Source: an uncultured delta proteobacterium (lineage in GTDB: Bacteria > Desulfobacterota > Binatia > UBA9968). Taken from it: DNA of 64,000 nt. Numbering within the stretch: the first letter of the stretch is position 1; the number at the start of each line of letters is the position of its first letter. The stretch covers positions 1,728,001 to 1,792,000 of the forward strand of contig CAVUVW010000013.1 of the NCBI GenBank assembly GCA_963745035.1, given 5' to 3'. Below the pieces are notes generated by a model. It was not told where the DNA came from. It saw only the letters and a list, made by a program, of their open reading frames with translations, and searched no databases. The position numbers were made by a program, and so were the translations under genes. Positions 1 to 10,325 of this stretch are shown here, piece after piece.

Positions 1-94
1 CAGGGTCTTGGCGAGCAGAGCATCCGGCACATGCGAGCGGCAAGGCGAGCACTACCACCCCGACCCTGACGATGTTTTCCCTAAAGGTTTTCAT
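1..94 (-). CDS. Putative lipoprotein, N-terminus only (runs off window)
   Basis: Manual translation MKTFRENIVRVGVVVLALPLACAGCSARQDP; hydrophobic stretch plus lipobox-like Cys. Confidence 0.45.
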   Translation of the reverse strand, partial: MKTFRENIVRVGVVVLALPLACAGCSARQDP

Positions 95-423
95 TTGACC
101 CACAACGATAGCGCATCAAATGGCACTCCAAGTGATTACCCTTTCCATCGCTAGGGTGAGCCGGCGGCGCCCTCCATAAAAAACTATATCACCGCTGTTC
201 GATGGCTCTAGACGGGTCGCCGAATTTCAGTGGTTTATTACAGGATGTGTAGCCGATTCAGCGCACCGGAAGGATGGGACTCAGTTTGAGGAACTTGGCG
301 CTTGATTAAAAGTGCAGCGATGGAACGATTTGATGTCTTGACCGGTACTGTTGCGGCGGCAGCCTAGTCGCTTCAGCTGCAACCACTGCAGCCAAAGCTA
401 GCCTGTCGCCCTTTCTGCCGTGG

Positions 424-1056
424 TCAGTAAAGCTCGGTCTTTAGGCGCTCGGCATATTTCTCGTTATAATCCCTGGCGTAGGCAGCATCCTTGCCGTCGC
501 GCGCGGCGGCGAAGTCGCCGTGGGTCGGGGCGCCGCTCGGCCGCTCCGTCGCTTCCCACAGCTTCGCCCGCACGAGGGCTTTGGGGCAGTGATTGAAGGC
601 TTCCTCGACAGCGACGACCATGATTACGCGCGGCGGCTTGCCGCCCACTTCGAATCGCTTCAGCAACTCCGGGTCGGTACTGAGCGTCGCCCTGCCGGTC
701 ACGCGATAGGTTTCGTTCGATCCCGGGATCATGAAAATAATGCCGACCTTCGGATTGACGAGCAGGTTCTTCATCCCGTCGATGCGGTTGTTGCCTGGCC
801 GGTCGGGGATCAGCAGTGTTCGGTCGTCGAGCAGCTGCACGAAACCCGGCGCATCGCCCTTGGGCGAACAGTCGATGCTGGTCCCGTTCGAGGTCGCGAG
901 CACCAGGAACGGCGATGCCGCGATGAAGGCGCGCCCAACCTCGGTGATGTGGTCGGCTTCCTTGGTGGCGATGTGGGGCAACGGCTTGGCATAAATCTTC
1001 GCGAGATCGTCCAGCGAAGTTACGGTATAGACATCGCTCCGGTCTGTTGTATCCAT
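424..1056 (-). CDS. Pyridoxamine 5'-phosphate oxidase-like FMN-binding protein (MSMEG_1061 family)
   Basis: DCSPKGD, PDRPGNNRID and EEAFNHCPKAL motifs; start reset to MDTTD after GAGGAA RBS. Confidence 0.85.
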   Translation of the reverse strand: MDTTDRSDVYTVTSLDDLAKIYAKPLPHIATKEADHITEVGRAFIAASPFLVLATSNGTSIDCSPKGDAPGFVQLLDDRTLLIPDRPGNNRIDGMKNLLVNPKVGIIFMIPGSNETYRVTGRATLSTDPELLKRFEVGGKPPRVIMVVAVEEAFNHCPKALVRAKLWEATERPSGAPTHGDFAAARDGKDAAYARDYNEKYAERLKTELY

Positions 1057-1169
1057 GTCACATTCCTCGTTCTGCCGGTTATGGGTGGCAGTAGCCTTTC
1101 TTTGGATTCCTGCAATATCGATTGTCAACCGAGTGTTGTCAACATGCACGCCAGACAGCGCCCAAGGAT

Positions 1170-1375
1170 CGGTTCGGCGGTTGAACGACTGGAACGATTG
1201 AAACAATAGAAACGACTGGAACCCAATTCTTTCCCGTTGACGTTGAACTATTGAACTGCCGTTAATCTGACGGATTGAACGGAGCGCAGCGGTTGAACGG
1301 CTTGAACGGAGTAAAATGGTTGAACGAGCTCTTTTCAGAAACGTTGAACTTTTGAACCTTTGACCGTTGAATTGC
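1170..1375 (+). repeat. TTGAACG-type heptamer mosaic tract; about 20 similar + strand tracts up to 32.1 kb (e.g. 2700, 3620, 6080, 7380, 9910, 13450, 16500, 24220, 26520, 29040, 30700, 32050)
   Basis: Degenerate tandem TTGAACG with embedded GGAGCG(A/C)AGCG core, usually followed by CCTCACG and TGTTGCC heptamers. Confidence 0.9.
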
Positions 1376-1440
1376 CGCTTAGGCGATCTGGACAAATTAG
1401 CTAAATTGGCTATAATGCCCTGCATGAGGGAGACCATCCG

Positions 1441-1791
1441 ATGTCCATGCTCACTTTCAGGAATCGCCAAGGCGCTCTAGTCGACATTCCGACCGTCAAG
1501 GCAACTCAGGTTAAGAACGAGTTCGGCTCGATCCTGGAAAAGGCCACGCGCAGCGGCGCGGTGGCGATTACTCGACACGCCGCGCCAAAGGCCGTGCTGC
1601 TTTCTTACGAAGAATTCGAGTCGCTGGTGCAAATACAATCGCGCACTCTCGAAAATCTCGGCGCCGAATTCGACGATCTGTTGGATCGCATGCAGACCGC
1701 TAAGGCAAAAAAGGGGATGGAATCCGCGTTCCACGCCTCCCCCGCCAAGCTCGGACGCGCGGCCGTCGGGGCCGCCCGTAAACGCCGATAA
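1441..1791 (+). CDS. Phd/YefM family antitoxin
   Basis: ATQVKNEFGSILE...VAITRH..PKAVLLSYEEFESL pattern. Confidence 0.8.
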   Translation: MSMLTFRNRQGALVDIPTVKATQVKNEFGSILEKATRSGAVAITRHAAPKAVLLSYEEFESLVQIQSRTLENLGAEFDDLLDRMQTAKAKKGMESAFHASPAKLGRAAVGAARKRR

Positions 1792-1854
1792 ATACTCGGC
1801 GACACGTTTCTAAGTAAGACGCCTCAGCGAAGCGTCGCCCCAGTTATCCTTGGA

Positions 1855-2499
1855 ATGAGCCCGCCTACCTCGCCGCGCATCTATGTTCTCGCCGGCGTTA
1901 ACGGCGCGGGCAAGAGCAGCATTGGCGGCGCGGCGTTTCGCGCTGCCGGCGCCCACTATTACAATCCCGACGAAGCCGCGCGCACATTGATGGCCGCTAA
2001 TCCGGCGCTAACTCAAGCAGACGCCAATAGCGCCGCCTGGCGCAAGGGCGTGGAACTCTTGACGCGGGCTATGAGAGAGCGCAAAAACTTTGCCTTCGAA
2101 ACCACGCTTGGCGCCAACACGATCCCCGGTCTGCTCATGGAGGCCGCATCACAAGGTGTCGAGCTTTACGTGTGGTACGTGGGCCTTTCCAGCCCCGAGC
2201 TTCATATCGAGCGCGTACGAGCGCGAGTCCGACGGGGCGGCCACGACATCGCTGCCGAGCATATCCGCCGGCGCTATGAACATAGCCGCTTAAACCTCAT
2301 CGATCTCTTGCCACGGATCACGGCCTTGCGCGTTTACGACAACAGCGCAGACGCAGATCCCGCCGCCGGCAAGACCCCCAAGCCCAAGCTGGTGTTGCAC
2401 ATGGAAAATGGAAAGATTCTCAATCGCCGCAATCTCAGGAGCACGCCGAACTGGGCCAAACCCATCGTCGCCGCCGCGCTCAAGCTCACGGCGCCCTGA
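1855..2499 (+). CDS. Zeta-toxin-like P-loop ATPase/kinase
   Basis: AGVNGAGKS Walker A, FAFETTL, RVRRGGHDI, VYDNS. Confidence 0.8.
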   Translation: MSPPTSPRIYVLAGVNGAGKSSIGGAAFRAAGAHYYNPDEAARTLMAANPALTQADANSAAWRKGVELLTRAMRERKNFAFETTLGANTIPGLLMEAASQGVELYVWYVGLSSPELHIERVRARVRRGGHDIAAEHIRRRYEHSRLNLIDLLPRITALRVYDNSADADPAAGKTPKPKLVLHMENGKILNRRNLRSTPNWAKPIVAAALKLTAP

Positions 2500-2885
2500 G
2501 AAAACTTAGGACAAATCTTTTGAGAATTAGATTTAGAACATTCACTGGCTTTGACGCCGACGCGAATTTTGACGAATTATCTTCTGAACTGTTGCCTGTT
2601 GCCTCGTGCCTTACGCCTGTTTGTTGGAAGTCATAAAGGGGACAAGCTACTTTTTTCTCATTTCGCGGCCGACCGGGCGAGCGCGATTGCTTCCGACCAG
2701 ATTGAACGTCTGGAACCATTGAAACAGCTGGAACTATTGGAACCACTCTCCTTTGTAAAACGTCTTGAACGGAGCGCAGCGGTTAACGGCTGGAACGACT
2801 GGAACCCAATTCCTTTCCGTTGACGTTGAACGTTTGAACGGTTGAACCTTGAACAAGTTCTTTCGTACTGTTGCCTATTTGAGAA

Positions 2886-3374
2886 CTAATCAATGGTGAT
2901 CCGTCGTCCAAAGAAAGTATCAAAAGCGATGGCCGGAGTGTGTGAGTTTAAGGGATCATCATTGGCACTGAAAGCGCGCAACTCGAACCTTCCTTCCATT
3001 TCTTCACACCTTTCAGCGAATCTCATCACGATATCGAGTCTGGCGATCTGCGCTGGTGGCACACCGCCGTTCACGGGAGTTTCAGCAAAGTTGAAGTCGA
3101 GGCTCCTCGCCTTCGCGTCCCGAGCGCCGGCTTTCCTCCAAACGCCTTGTATGTGGCTGAAGCCAAACGCCCTTTGGGCGGAGCTGGTAACGTGAAATGC
3201 GCCATCCTGTGACAATGTCCAGAGGCTTTGAGTGCCACTGCCTTCGACGACAAGATAAGTGCCGGAGAAACAGCCGCCCTGTGATCCCGTATCGCGCGAG
3301 CTAGCGATAGTGGAATTCACTAGCAAGGGCGGGATTGATAACACAAAGGCCAGGATTATAAGCCGGAATTTCAT
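2886..3374 (-). CDS. Secreted hypothetical protein
   Basis: Signal peptide MKFRLIILAFVL after GGAGG RBS. Confidence 0.6.
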   Translation of the reverse strand: MKFRLIILAFVLSIPPLLVNSTIASSRDTGSQGGCFSGTYLVVEGSGTQSLWTLSQDGAFHVTSSAQRAFGFSHIQGVWRKAGARDAKARSLDFNFAETPVNGGVPPAQIARLDIVMRFAERCEEMEGRFELRAFSANDDPLNSHTPAIAFDTFFGRRITID

Positions 3375-3808
3375 AGTGCCCTCCATGTTGCGGTTACTTG
3401 TGAGAACTCCCGGAAACGCACGCGCTTCTAACACAGGATGCGCCCTCAAACAAATCCGGGACAGCGTTGGATAAATGAGCAATAGCCGCCGTCACCCGCC
3501 CCTTTACGAACCACAAACTCCTGACCGCGATCGATCCGACCAGCGAATCTCTTGACGATCGCACGTTGACCCAATGGCTATCCGATTAACGATCGGCCGC
3601 GAGGCCTAGAGCGTAGCGGTTGAACGGCTTGAACGTTTTTAACCGGCTTCAGTATGGTTAGCGGTTGAACGTCTGGAAACAATTGAAAGCATTGGAACCG
3701 AGCTGTTGTTCCGATGACGTTGAACTTTTGAACCGTTGAACTTTGACCGCGCCGCGACGCTGATCGCGGTAGTATTCGAATTGTGAACCGGCTATTGACA
3801 ACGGCTTC

Positions 3809-4843
3809 GTGGCCACTTTATACGAAGCTATGTTTACCTGGTTTGCTTTGGTTTTACCCATTCTGCTGGCGACGCAAAGCATCCTATCAACCGTTCATGC
3901 GCTAGAGCGCCATATTCATGCCCGAGCGGGGGGATCCAGCTCGCAACAACTGCCCTTGATCGTTGCGAAAGATCTCGGGCTATTCGAGAAATATGGTTTG
4001 AATCTTGATCTACTCGAGATCCGCGGCGGTTCACTGTTGATGCAGGCGCTGATCGGTCAGAGCGTAAATTCTGCCGACGTCGGCGCGCAGGCACCCATTC
4101 GAGCCATTCTATCCGGGGCTAACGTTGTGATCACCGGCGGACTTCTCAACAAGACGCTCTACAAGTTTGTAACCCGCAAAGAGATCCGCAAGCCCTCGGA
4201 TCTTCGCGGCAAAAAAGTAGGCATCGTCAATTTTGGTGGAGCCAACGAATTCAATATTCTTATGGCACTGAAAGCGTGGGGCATGCCGCCGGATTCCGTG
4301 AAGCTGCTGCCATCGGGCGGCAGCTTGGCGAGACTTGCGGCCATGGAGGTAGAGGGAGGACTCGATGCAACGATTATCCCTTACGGCGAAGCGGCGGCGG
4401 CAGCTAAAAAAGGCTTTAATGTCTTGGCCGATTTAAGCGAACTGATGGAGGAGTCTCCCGAAAAGGTTTTCATCGCCGACCGCTTATTCATCGCCAAGAA
4501 ACGCGACAATGCCAAGCGATTTTTCCGTGCCGTGAGCGAATCTATTCACATACTGAGAAGTCAGCCTGAGCTAAAAGGAAAAGTTGTTCCCATCATCGTA
4601 AAGTGGCTAAGAATTCCGACAAAACTCGCCGAGGAAGCATACGACATACATCACAAAATCTTTGCTTTTCCTCCGCGTGTCGGCCGCAGGGGCTTACAAG
4701 ACGTTCTTGAAATCATCCAACGCGAACCCCGGAGCGCTAAAGATGACTTGAGATTGAGTCGTTTCGTGGACGAAAGTATACTCGACGAGCTGGAGAAAGA
4801 AGGATTCTTCAAAAATCTGACGGACAAAATCTCGCAAAAATGA
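3809..4843 (+). CDS. ABC transporter substrate-binding protein (NMT1/SsuA/THI5-like)
   Basis: VAKDLGLFEKYGL and DLRGKKVGI motifs; signal peptide. Confidence 0.8.
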   Translation: MATLYEAMFTWFALVLPILLATQSILSTVHALERHIHARAGGSSSQQLPLIVAKDLGLFEKYGLNLDLLEIRGGSLLMQALIGQSVNSADVGAQAPIRAILSGANVVITGGLLNKTLYKFVTRKEIRKPSDLRGKKVGIVNFGGANEFNILMALKAWGMPPDSVKLLPSGGSLARLAAMEVEGGLDATIIPYGEAAAAAKKGFNVLADLSELMEESPEKVFIADRLFIAKKRDNAKRFFRAVSESIHILRSQPELKGKVVPIIVKWLRIPTKLAEEAYDIHHKIFAFPPRVGRRGLQDVLEIIQREPRSAKDDLRLSRFVDESILDELEKEGFFKNLTDKISQK

Positions 4844-4913
4844 GCCGGACCGGCGCCACATTCCAGGGAACCAAGATTTACCGGAATTACTCAACTGGTT
4901 GTTGAAAAGATTC

Positions 4914-5081
4914 CAGGCTGTTCAAAAAGGTCCAGATGCGAGGCGCGCGAGAAAATGGAGTGTTGGAGTATTGGAGTATTGCCTCCTAAACCCATCACTC
5001 CACCACTCCGTCACTCCAGTACTCCGATCCGGATGAGGCGATCGAGCGCAACGAAGCGGGTGGGCCTTTTTCAACAGTCTG
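4914..5081. repeat. MITE-like element with 21-bp imperfect terminal inverted repeats and internal inverted GGAGT(A/G)TT / CACTCC repeats
   Basis: caggctgttcaaaaaggtcca at 4914 versus tgggcctttttcaacagtctg at 5061. Confidence 0.6.
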
Positions 5082-5116
5082 TTAACTGCCGCTGAACGAA
5101 GAAAGGGAGGTTTCAA

Positions 5117-5992
5117 GTGACATCGAGAATCAAACATATCGGAATTATGAGTCAGACGCCGCCTCGTCTGTTTAAATTCTATGAATGCCTGTTCGACTTT
5201 AGGACAGACGTGCGTACCCCGGATCAAGAGCGTGAGCGCGCTAAAGCACTCGGCTACAGAGTACTGCACTCCGGCCGCGTTGCCAGTGCCTTCGCTCGGA
5301 CGGTGATCGCGAGCGACGGCAACATCGGCGTTGCCTTCAATCAGCGTCGTCCCGGCTATCCTGGAGGTCTCGATCATTTCGGCATGACCGTCGATGACAT
5401 TGGCGGAGTGCTCAAAAGAATCAAGGAAAAATATCCCTCGGTCGGGGCGGTGAAACGCCCTGCCGGCCGGCCATTTGTCGATTACAGCAGTCACGACCCC
5501 GAGGGAAACATTTTCGACATCGCAGAACCAGGCAAAAAGCAACTCGTGGGTGTTTTTTCAGAGGCGGAAAACAAACGCCCGCGCCACATCAAACATTTCA
5601 CGATTCGCGCGATGAATCCGAGGGCCTTGGCTCAATTTTACACTGACGTTTTTGAATTCAAGCAGGAAGAAAAGGCGCTGGAGGACCCGCATTTTTATCT
5701 CACCGACGGCACGGTGACGATGGTTATTGCGCCCTATAAAATCGAGGATTACCTCGGCACCGAGCACAAGCGCCCAGGCTTCGATCACCTCGGTTTTGCA
5801 GTCGAAGATTTGCAAGCTTTCAATGCCGATGTGGAACTGTTGGCGAAGCACGACCCGGAATATCTGGCGCCCAAACCTCCGAACGTCGAATCCGAATACC
5901 AAGTCATCATGGACCTGCTTCGGACCTGCAGGCATGGGCAGCACCAAATGTGCGACCCGGAGGGAAACCTGATCGATATTTCTGTCGGCTAG
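5117..5992 (+). CDS. VOC/glyoxalase family protein, two domains
   Basis: IKHIGI, GLDHFG, DPEGN occurring twice, GFDHLGF. Confidence 0.8.
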   Translation: MTSRIKHIGIMSQTPPRLFKFYECLFDFRTDVRTPDQERERAKALGYRVLHSGRVASAFARTVIASDGNIGVAFNQRRPGYPGGLDHFGMTVDDIGGVLKRIKEKYPSVGAVKRPAGRPFVDYSSHDPEGNIFDIAEPGKKQLVGVFSEAENKRPRHIKHFTIRAMNPRALAQFYTDVFEFKQEEKALEDPHFYLTDGTVTMVIAPYKIEDYLGTEHKRPGFDHLGFAVEDLQAFNADVELLAKHDPEYLAPKPPNVESEYQVIMDLLRTCRHGQHQMCDPEGNLIDISVG

Positions 5993-6369
5993 GATTCGTT
6001 CCAGCCGGTCGTTCAAGGTTTCAGGTTCAAAGTTCAAGGTAAAACGGCGGGCGATGCCGGTTGTTCGTCAGTCTTAAACGTTTTGAACGGAGCGGAGCGG
6101 TTGAACGGTTTGAACGATCTTGAACGGTTGTCCTTGACGTTGAACGTTGAAGTTAGCGATTGAACGATTTGAACGGGCTCATTCTGGTGCTTTCGGCGGC
6201 AATATACCTACAAATCCCCGGGGGAAAATCCGACAATTCCTCGCAATATCTTCACTTTCATTCTGCCGACGCCCGATCTTTCTCGCTTTTATTTTCGTAT
6301 CTTTCTGGTGGCATATGATTTGCCGCTTTACTGGAATGTCCATCTTACAAAAAATGGAAGGGAGTCCTT

Positions 6370-6537
6370 ATGTGTTATAACTGTGGATGTCAAAAGCCGG
6401 ACGATGACATGGGCAATCCGAAGAACATTACCAACAAGACATTCGAAGAAGCGGCGAAGGCTTCCGGCAAGAAATCCGACGAAGCGAAAAAGAATGTCAA
6501 GGAATTGTTAGAGAAACAGCAAGGCGCGCAGCGATAA
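6370..6537 (+). CDS. Small 55-aa protein with CxxCxC start (not in ORF track)
   Basis: GGAAGGGAG RBS followed by MCYNCGCQKPDDDMGNPKNITNKTFEEAAKASGKKSDEAKKNVKELLEKQQGAQR*. Confidence 0.7.
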   Translation: MCYNCGCQKPDDDMGNPKNITNKTFEEAAKASGKKSDEAKKNVKELLEKQQGAQR

Positions 6538-6795
6538 TTCCAATCGATACAACTCCGTCGTGTGGACCGGGGTTGTTTTCATAGTGCGAGCGTTTCCGAC
6601 CAGCGAATCGCTTGATCGAACGTTGAACGGCCGCTCTCCGATCAACGATTGGAACCGCGCCAAGCGATGAAACCATTGGAACGTTTGCAACCGTTCTTCC
6701 GAACGTTTTGAACGGAGCGGCAGCGTGGCGGAAAGATTCGAATCGAACTTTATTTTGTCCGATCCGGGCTGGGCTTGCCGGCAGGATTGAGCGAT

Positions 6796-7125
6796 CTACG
6801 GCCAGTCGTCGCCGTTAGAGTAACGCGACCAATCCGACCTTTTGAAAGCATCAATAAATGCGGGAACAAAGGCTTCGATCCGCTGCTGCGGAGCGATCAC
6901 ACGCAGAACCTTGACCTGCGAAGGATGTCGCATCTGGCGAACATTGTGAGCAAATCCCGTATCCCTCGTGAAGCAAAGTTCGTAATCGACGGCGACTTGG
7001 CGATACAATCTCCCGTTGTCGATGCCCTTCAATTTCAGATTATTTACCGAGTCAACCTCGTGACCGAGGAGCTTCAGAGCAGCTGCCAGAGACTCAGGCA
7101 TGTTCTCGTCGAGAAGGATTTTCAC
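6796..7125 (-). CDS. DUF5615/VapC45-like PIN toxin
   Basis: MKILLDENMP...GHEVDSV...TRDTGF. Confidence 0.8.
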   Translation of the reverse strand: MKILLDENMPESLAAALKLLGHEVDSVNNLKLKGIDNGRLYRQVAVDYELCFTRDTGFAHNVRQMRHPSQVKVLRVIAPQQRIEAFVPAFIDAFKRSDWSRYSNGDDWP

Positions 7126-7327
7126 TTGGCGCCAGCAAGTCGGAATGGGCTAATTCTTCCAACGTACCACGAACTGCATCCTCCGTGAGACTGGGATACT
7201 CCTTCACGATCTCGCTGATCGTCATTCCCGCGGCCAGCCATTCCAACAGAAGCGCAACCGCGATGCGGGTGTCGCGCACGCGAGGTTTTCCTCCAAGATG
7301 GTCGGCATCCGATACGATCCACCCCAT
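7094..7327 (-). CDS. DUF433 antitoxin
   Basis: GGKPRVRDTRIAV...GMTISEIVKEYPSLT. Confidence 0.85.
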   Translation of the reverse strand: MGWIVSDADHLGGKPRVRDTRIAVALLLEWLAAGMTISEIVKEYPSLTEDAVRGTLEELAHSDLLAPSENPSRREHA

Positions 7328-7475
7328 TGCTTTCTCCTCACTTCGGAATTTATCACATAATAGATGCGCGCGCCAAGCGATGAAACCATTGGAACGTTTG
7401 GAACCGTTCTTCTGAACGTTTTGAACGGAGCGAAGCGGTTGAACGGCTTGAACGTGTTTCAGTAGCCTGTCCGTC

Positions 7476-8531
7476 CTACCGCGGCGGCAGCGGATCTGCC
7501 CCCGTGATCTTTTTCATCAGCTCGACGACGTCCGGGTCGCGCGGCAGCTCCTTCAGCGCCTTTTCCTGCATCTCCCCCGTCAGCGGAGCGGCCTCGTTGC
7601 CGACGAGATTTTTGTAAGACACGTGGAATTCGGGATCGTTGAAAGTCCGGCGCATCGCTTCGCGGAGAATCTGGACCCGATCGGGTGCCGTGCCCGGCGG
7701 GAGGAAAAAAGGCGCGCCCACCAGACGAAACGCGCGGTGCATTCTTAGAAGTTTATACTCCCTCTCCGACTTGGCGAAAGTTTCCAGGTCGGGAAGATGA
7801 GGGAACTGCGGGTGCTTGTCTCCCTTCGGGACTTCGATCACGGCGTGGAAGTCCGCCAGCTTTTTTTCGATCCAATCTTTATTCCGCGTCAAGACGTTAT
7901 GAATCGGCGTTGCCCGGGCATCGACCTCGCCTTGGACAAACGCCACGTCGACCTCGCGGCCCGAATAGCCGACGATGAACTTGGGCTCCTTCAACCCGAT
8001 CAAATAAGCGAAGAGCCGCCCGTCGACATAAGTGGTAAAACCGACGGACTGGTCGCCGATTCGGATCCCCGGCTGGTTGCGCAGCTTTTCGAGCGTGTTG
8101 AGGCCCGCATCTCTGCGCGTGGCAAAGATCTGTTGCGTGTCGCTGCGCGGCGATCCGAGGTAGATGAATTTGTCGAGGTCGTAGCGCACGCCGACGGTGT
8201 CGAGAATACCGTTCGTGATGATGCCGCCCGATCCAGAGCCGATGGTCAAGCCGTCCGCTTTGGCGATCGCGTACATGTGATTGGCCTGGGTCCGGCCTCC
8301 GGCGCCCGGCATATACTCGATGACGATGCGCGGATTGCCGGGGATATACTTCTCGAGAAATGGCGCCATCGATCGTACGTAGCCGTCTCCCGTTCCGCCG
8401 GGAGCTCGGCTCTGAATGATGGTGATCGTTTTTCCCTGATAGAACGGCGCCTGCGCCACCGCGGTGCCGAGGTGCGGCAACAAGAGCGCAAACATCAGCG
8501 CAAAGCAGAACGAACGTTTTTGAAAAATCAT
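7476..8531 (-). CDS. Bug/TctC-like tripartite tricarboxylate transporter substrate-binding protein
   Basis: FYQGKTI, PGGTGD, YMPGAGG, ADGLTI. Confidence 0.8.
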   Translation of the reverse strand: MIFQKRSFCFALMFALLLPHLGTAVAQAPFYQGKTITIIQSRAPGGTGDGYVRSMAPFLEKYIPGNPRIVIEYMPGAGGRTQANHMYAIAKADGLTIGSGSGGIITNGILDTVGVRYDLDKFIYLGSPRSDTQQIFATRRDAGLNTLEKLRNQPGIRIGDQSVGFTTYVDGRLFAYLIGLKEPKFIVGYSGREVDVAFVQGEVDARATPIHNVLTRNKDWIEKKLADFHAVIEVPKGDKHPQFPHLPDLETFAKSEREYKLLRMHRAFRLVGAPFFLPPGTAPDRVQILREAMRRTFNDPEFHVSYKNLVGNEAAPLTGEMQEKALKELPRDPDVVELMKKITGADPLPPR

Positions 8532-8772
8532 AAATGCCTCATTCTGTTGGGGACGCGTGCTTCACGGCAGTAGATATCTACAGCGGATTTGGGAAAACAC
8601 TGACGGACGCGTTTCGATTACTAGGATAAGATCGTTGCGATTGTCAAGGTAACGCGGTATCGAGGATTGTCGCGCTGCCGATGGTCTCATCCTGCTTGCC
8701 GTTATCCGGGGCTTTGATTAGACAGGGTCGGCTCGCGACGCGCATCTGAACCGCTCGTAGAAAGAAAAAATT

Positions 8773-9729
8773 ATGGCACCCAAACATCCTTCGCCGCTCG
8801 TCATCCGCTCCCGCATCATGCTGGAGGTGGCGTCCGAAGTGATCGGCATGGATCAATGGCCTTACCGGCAAGCGCGCGTGAACTTGCGCGATCAGGTCGG
8901 ACTCGAGTGGAAGCTTTCTCTATTCGGCAGCGACACGGTCGAGGCCATCGAGGAAGTCGCTCGCGGCGACGTCCATCTCGCCACGATCAACCCCTCGAGC
9001 CCTCTGACCATGGCCCACCGCGGCCGCGGCCCTTTCAAAGAAGCGATTCCGGTCCGCGCGATCGCGGTCATCCCCACCCAGGACCAGTTTGCTTTCGCCG
9101 TATCCGAGAAAACCGGACTCAAGTCTTTCACCGATTTGCTTAAGCGCCGCTACCCTTTGCGCGTTTCGCTGCGCGGCCAAAAACGTCATTCGGTTCACCT
9201 TGTCGTCAAAGAAGTGCTGGCGCAGGTCGGCATCACGCTTGACGACCTGGTTTCTTGGGGTGGTCAGGTGCGCTACGACGAGGGCATGCCGGATGGGCGC
9301 AATCGTTTGGGCGCCGCGCAGCGGGGCGAGGTCGATGCCATTTTCGATGAGGCGGTGAAGCGTTGGACCAATCAAGCGCTCGATGCCGGAATGCGTTTTC
9401 TCCCGCTCGAGGAAGAGCACATCACGCAATTGGAAGAAACTGGTTTTCGCCGAGCCACCCTGTCCAAGGCCCTCTATCCCAAGCTCCCAGGCGATGTGAC
9501 CACGGTCGATTTTAGCGGCTGGCCGATCTTCACCCACGCCGACGTATCCGACGATATCGTGAGGTCGTTCTGCATCGCGCTGGACAATCGCAAGGATCGC
9601 ATCCCCTGGCAGGGAGAAGGCCCGCTCCCCCTGGAACGGATGTGCGAAGACAATCCGGAGGGACCGTTGGATGTGCCGCTTCACCCCGCGGCGGAGATTT
9701 ACTGGCGCGAACGAGGTTACTTGAAATGA
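8773..9729 (+). CDS. TAXI-family TRAP solute receptor-like protein
   Basis: Periplasmic-binding pattern; C-terminal PLHPAAEIYWRERG. Confidence 0.7.
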   Translation: MAPKHPSPLVIRSRIMLEVASEVIGMDQWPYRQARVNLRDQVGLEWKLSLFGSDTVEAIEEVARGDVHLATINPSSPLTMAHRGRGPFKEAIPVRAIAVIPTQDQFAFAVSEKTGLKSFTDLLKRRYPLRVSLRGQKRHSVHLVVKEVLAQVGITLDDLVSWGGQVRYDEGMPDGRNRLGAAQRGEVDAIFDEAVKRWTNQALDAGMRFLPLEEEHITQLEETGFRRATLSKALYPKLPGDVTTVDFSGWPIFTHADVSDDIVRSFCIALDNRKDRIPWQGEGPLPLERMCEDNPEGPLDVPLHPAAEIYWRERGYLK

Positions 9730-10064
9730 ACAGTTATTGACGGGCGAGCAGCCTCACCAGCAGATCTTTTTTCATCCGAGTTGCTCACTAGCCTTACCCG
9801 CTAAGTTTGCTCGCGAACCGTTTCGGCGATCTTTTTGAGGCCGTAGCCCGCGAGCATAAACCGGTCGCGCAAGTGCTTGTCCTCGAAACCCGGCGGTGGC
9901 GGAGCTTAAACGTTTTGAACGACTTGAACTGAGTGAAACGGTTGAACGACTTGAACGACTTTTGCTGTTGCCTATTGCCTGCTGCAGACTTCGCCGACTT
10001 ACCTCTCACTCCTCACTTCTTCTTCTTACTGTTGCCTGTTGCCTCTTGCCTGTTGCCTGTTGAC

Positions 10065-10098
10065 TGTGCCTCTTGACCTGCCTGCTAATGGGCGACCC
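10065..10098 (+). repeat. About 34-bp dispersed repeat TGTGCCTCTTGACCTGCCTGCTAATGGGCGACCC (also 34467-34499 and 35890-35923)
   Basis: Three near-identical copies, each next to or shortly after a TGTTGCC tract. Confidence 0.8.
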
Positions 10099-10325
10099 AG
10101 AGGACAGTGCCGGCTAGACTGAAAGAGTCAATACGAAGGCTTGACGCCAATCTTCCTCTCATCAATTTCCCTCAGTGATTGCTCAGGCCTGCAACGGCGC
10201 AAAAAGGGCAAGGCATGCCTTGACATGAAAAACAGATCGTAATTGAATCCGGCGGTGGCATCGGGCGCTCAAAAGTCCGGCGCGAAAACTACCGAATGGC
10301 AGCGAAACAAGGGCAAGAGGTGTGA

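Noticed and set aside
1057-1470. N-terminal extension of ORF 424..1470 and similar repeat-derived ORFs (2486, 2551, 16606, 26649, 29147, 46122, 54455)
   Set aside because: These are translations of heptamer tracts (VQAVQPLRSVQ- and FKSFNR-like), not credible proteins
9800-9900. Possible orphan gene tail PPPPGFEDKHLRDRFMLAGYGLKK on the minus strand
   Set aside because: Looks coding but I cannot assign a family; insufficient support
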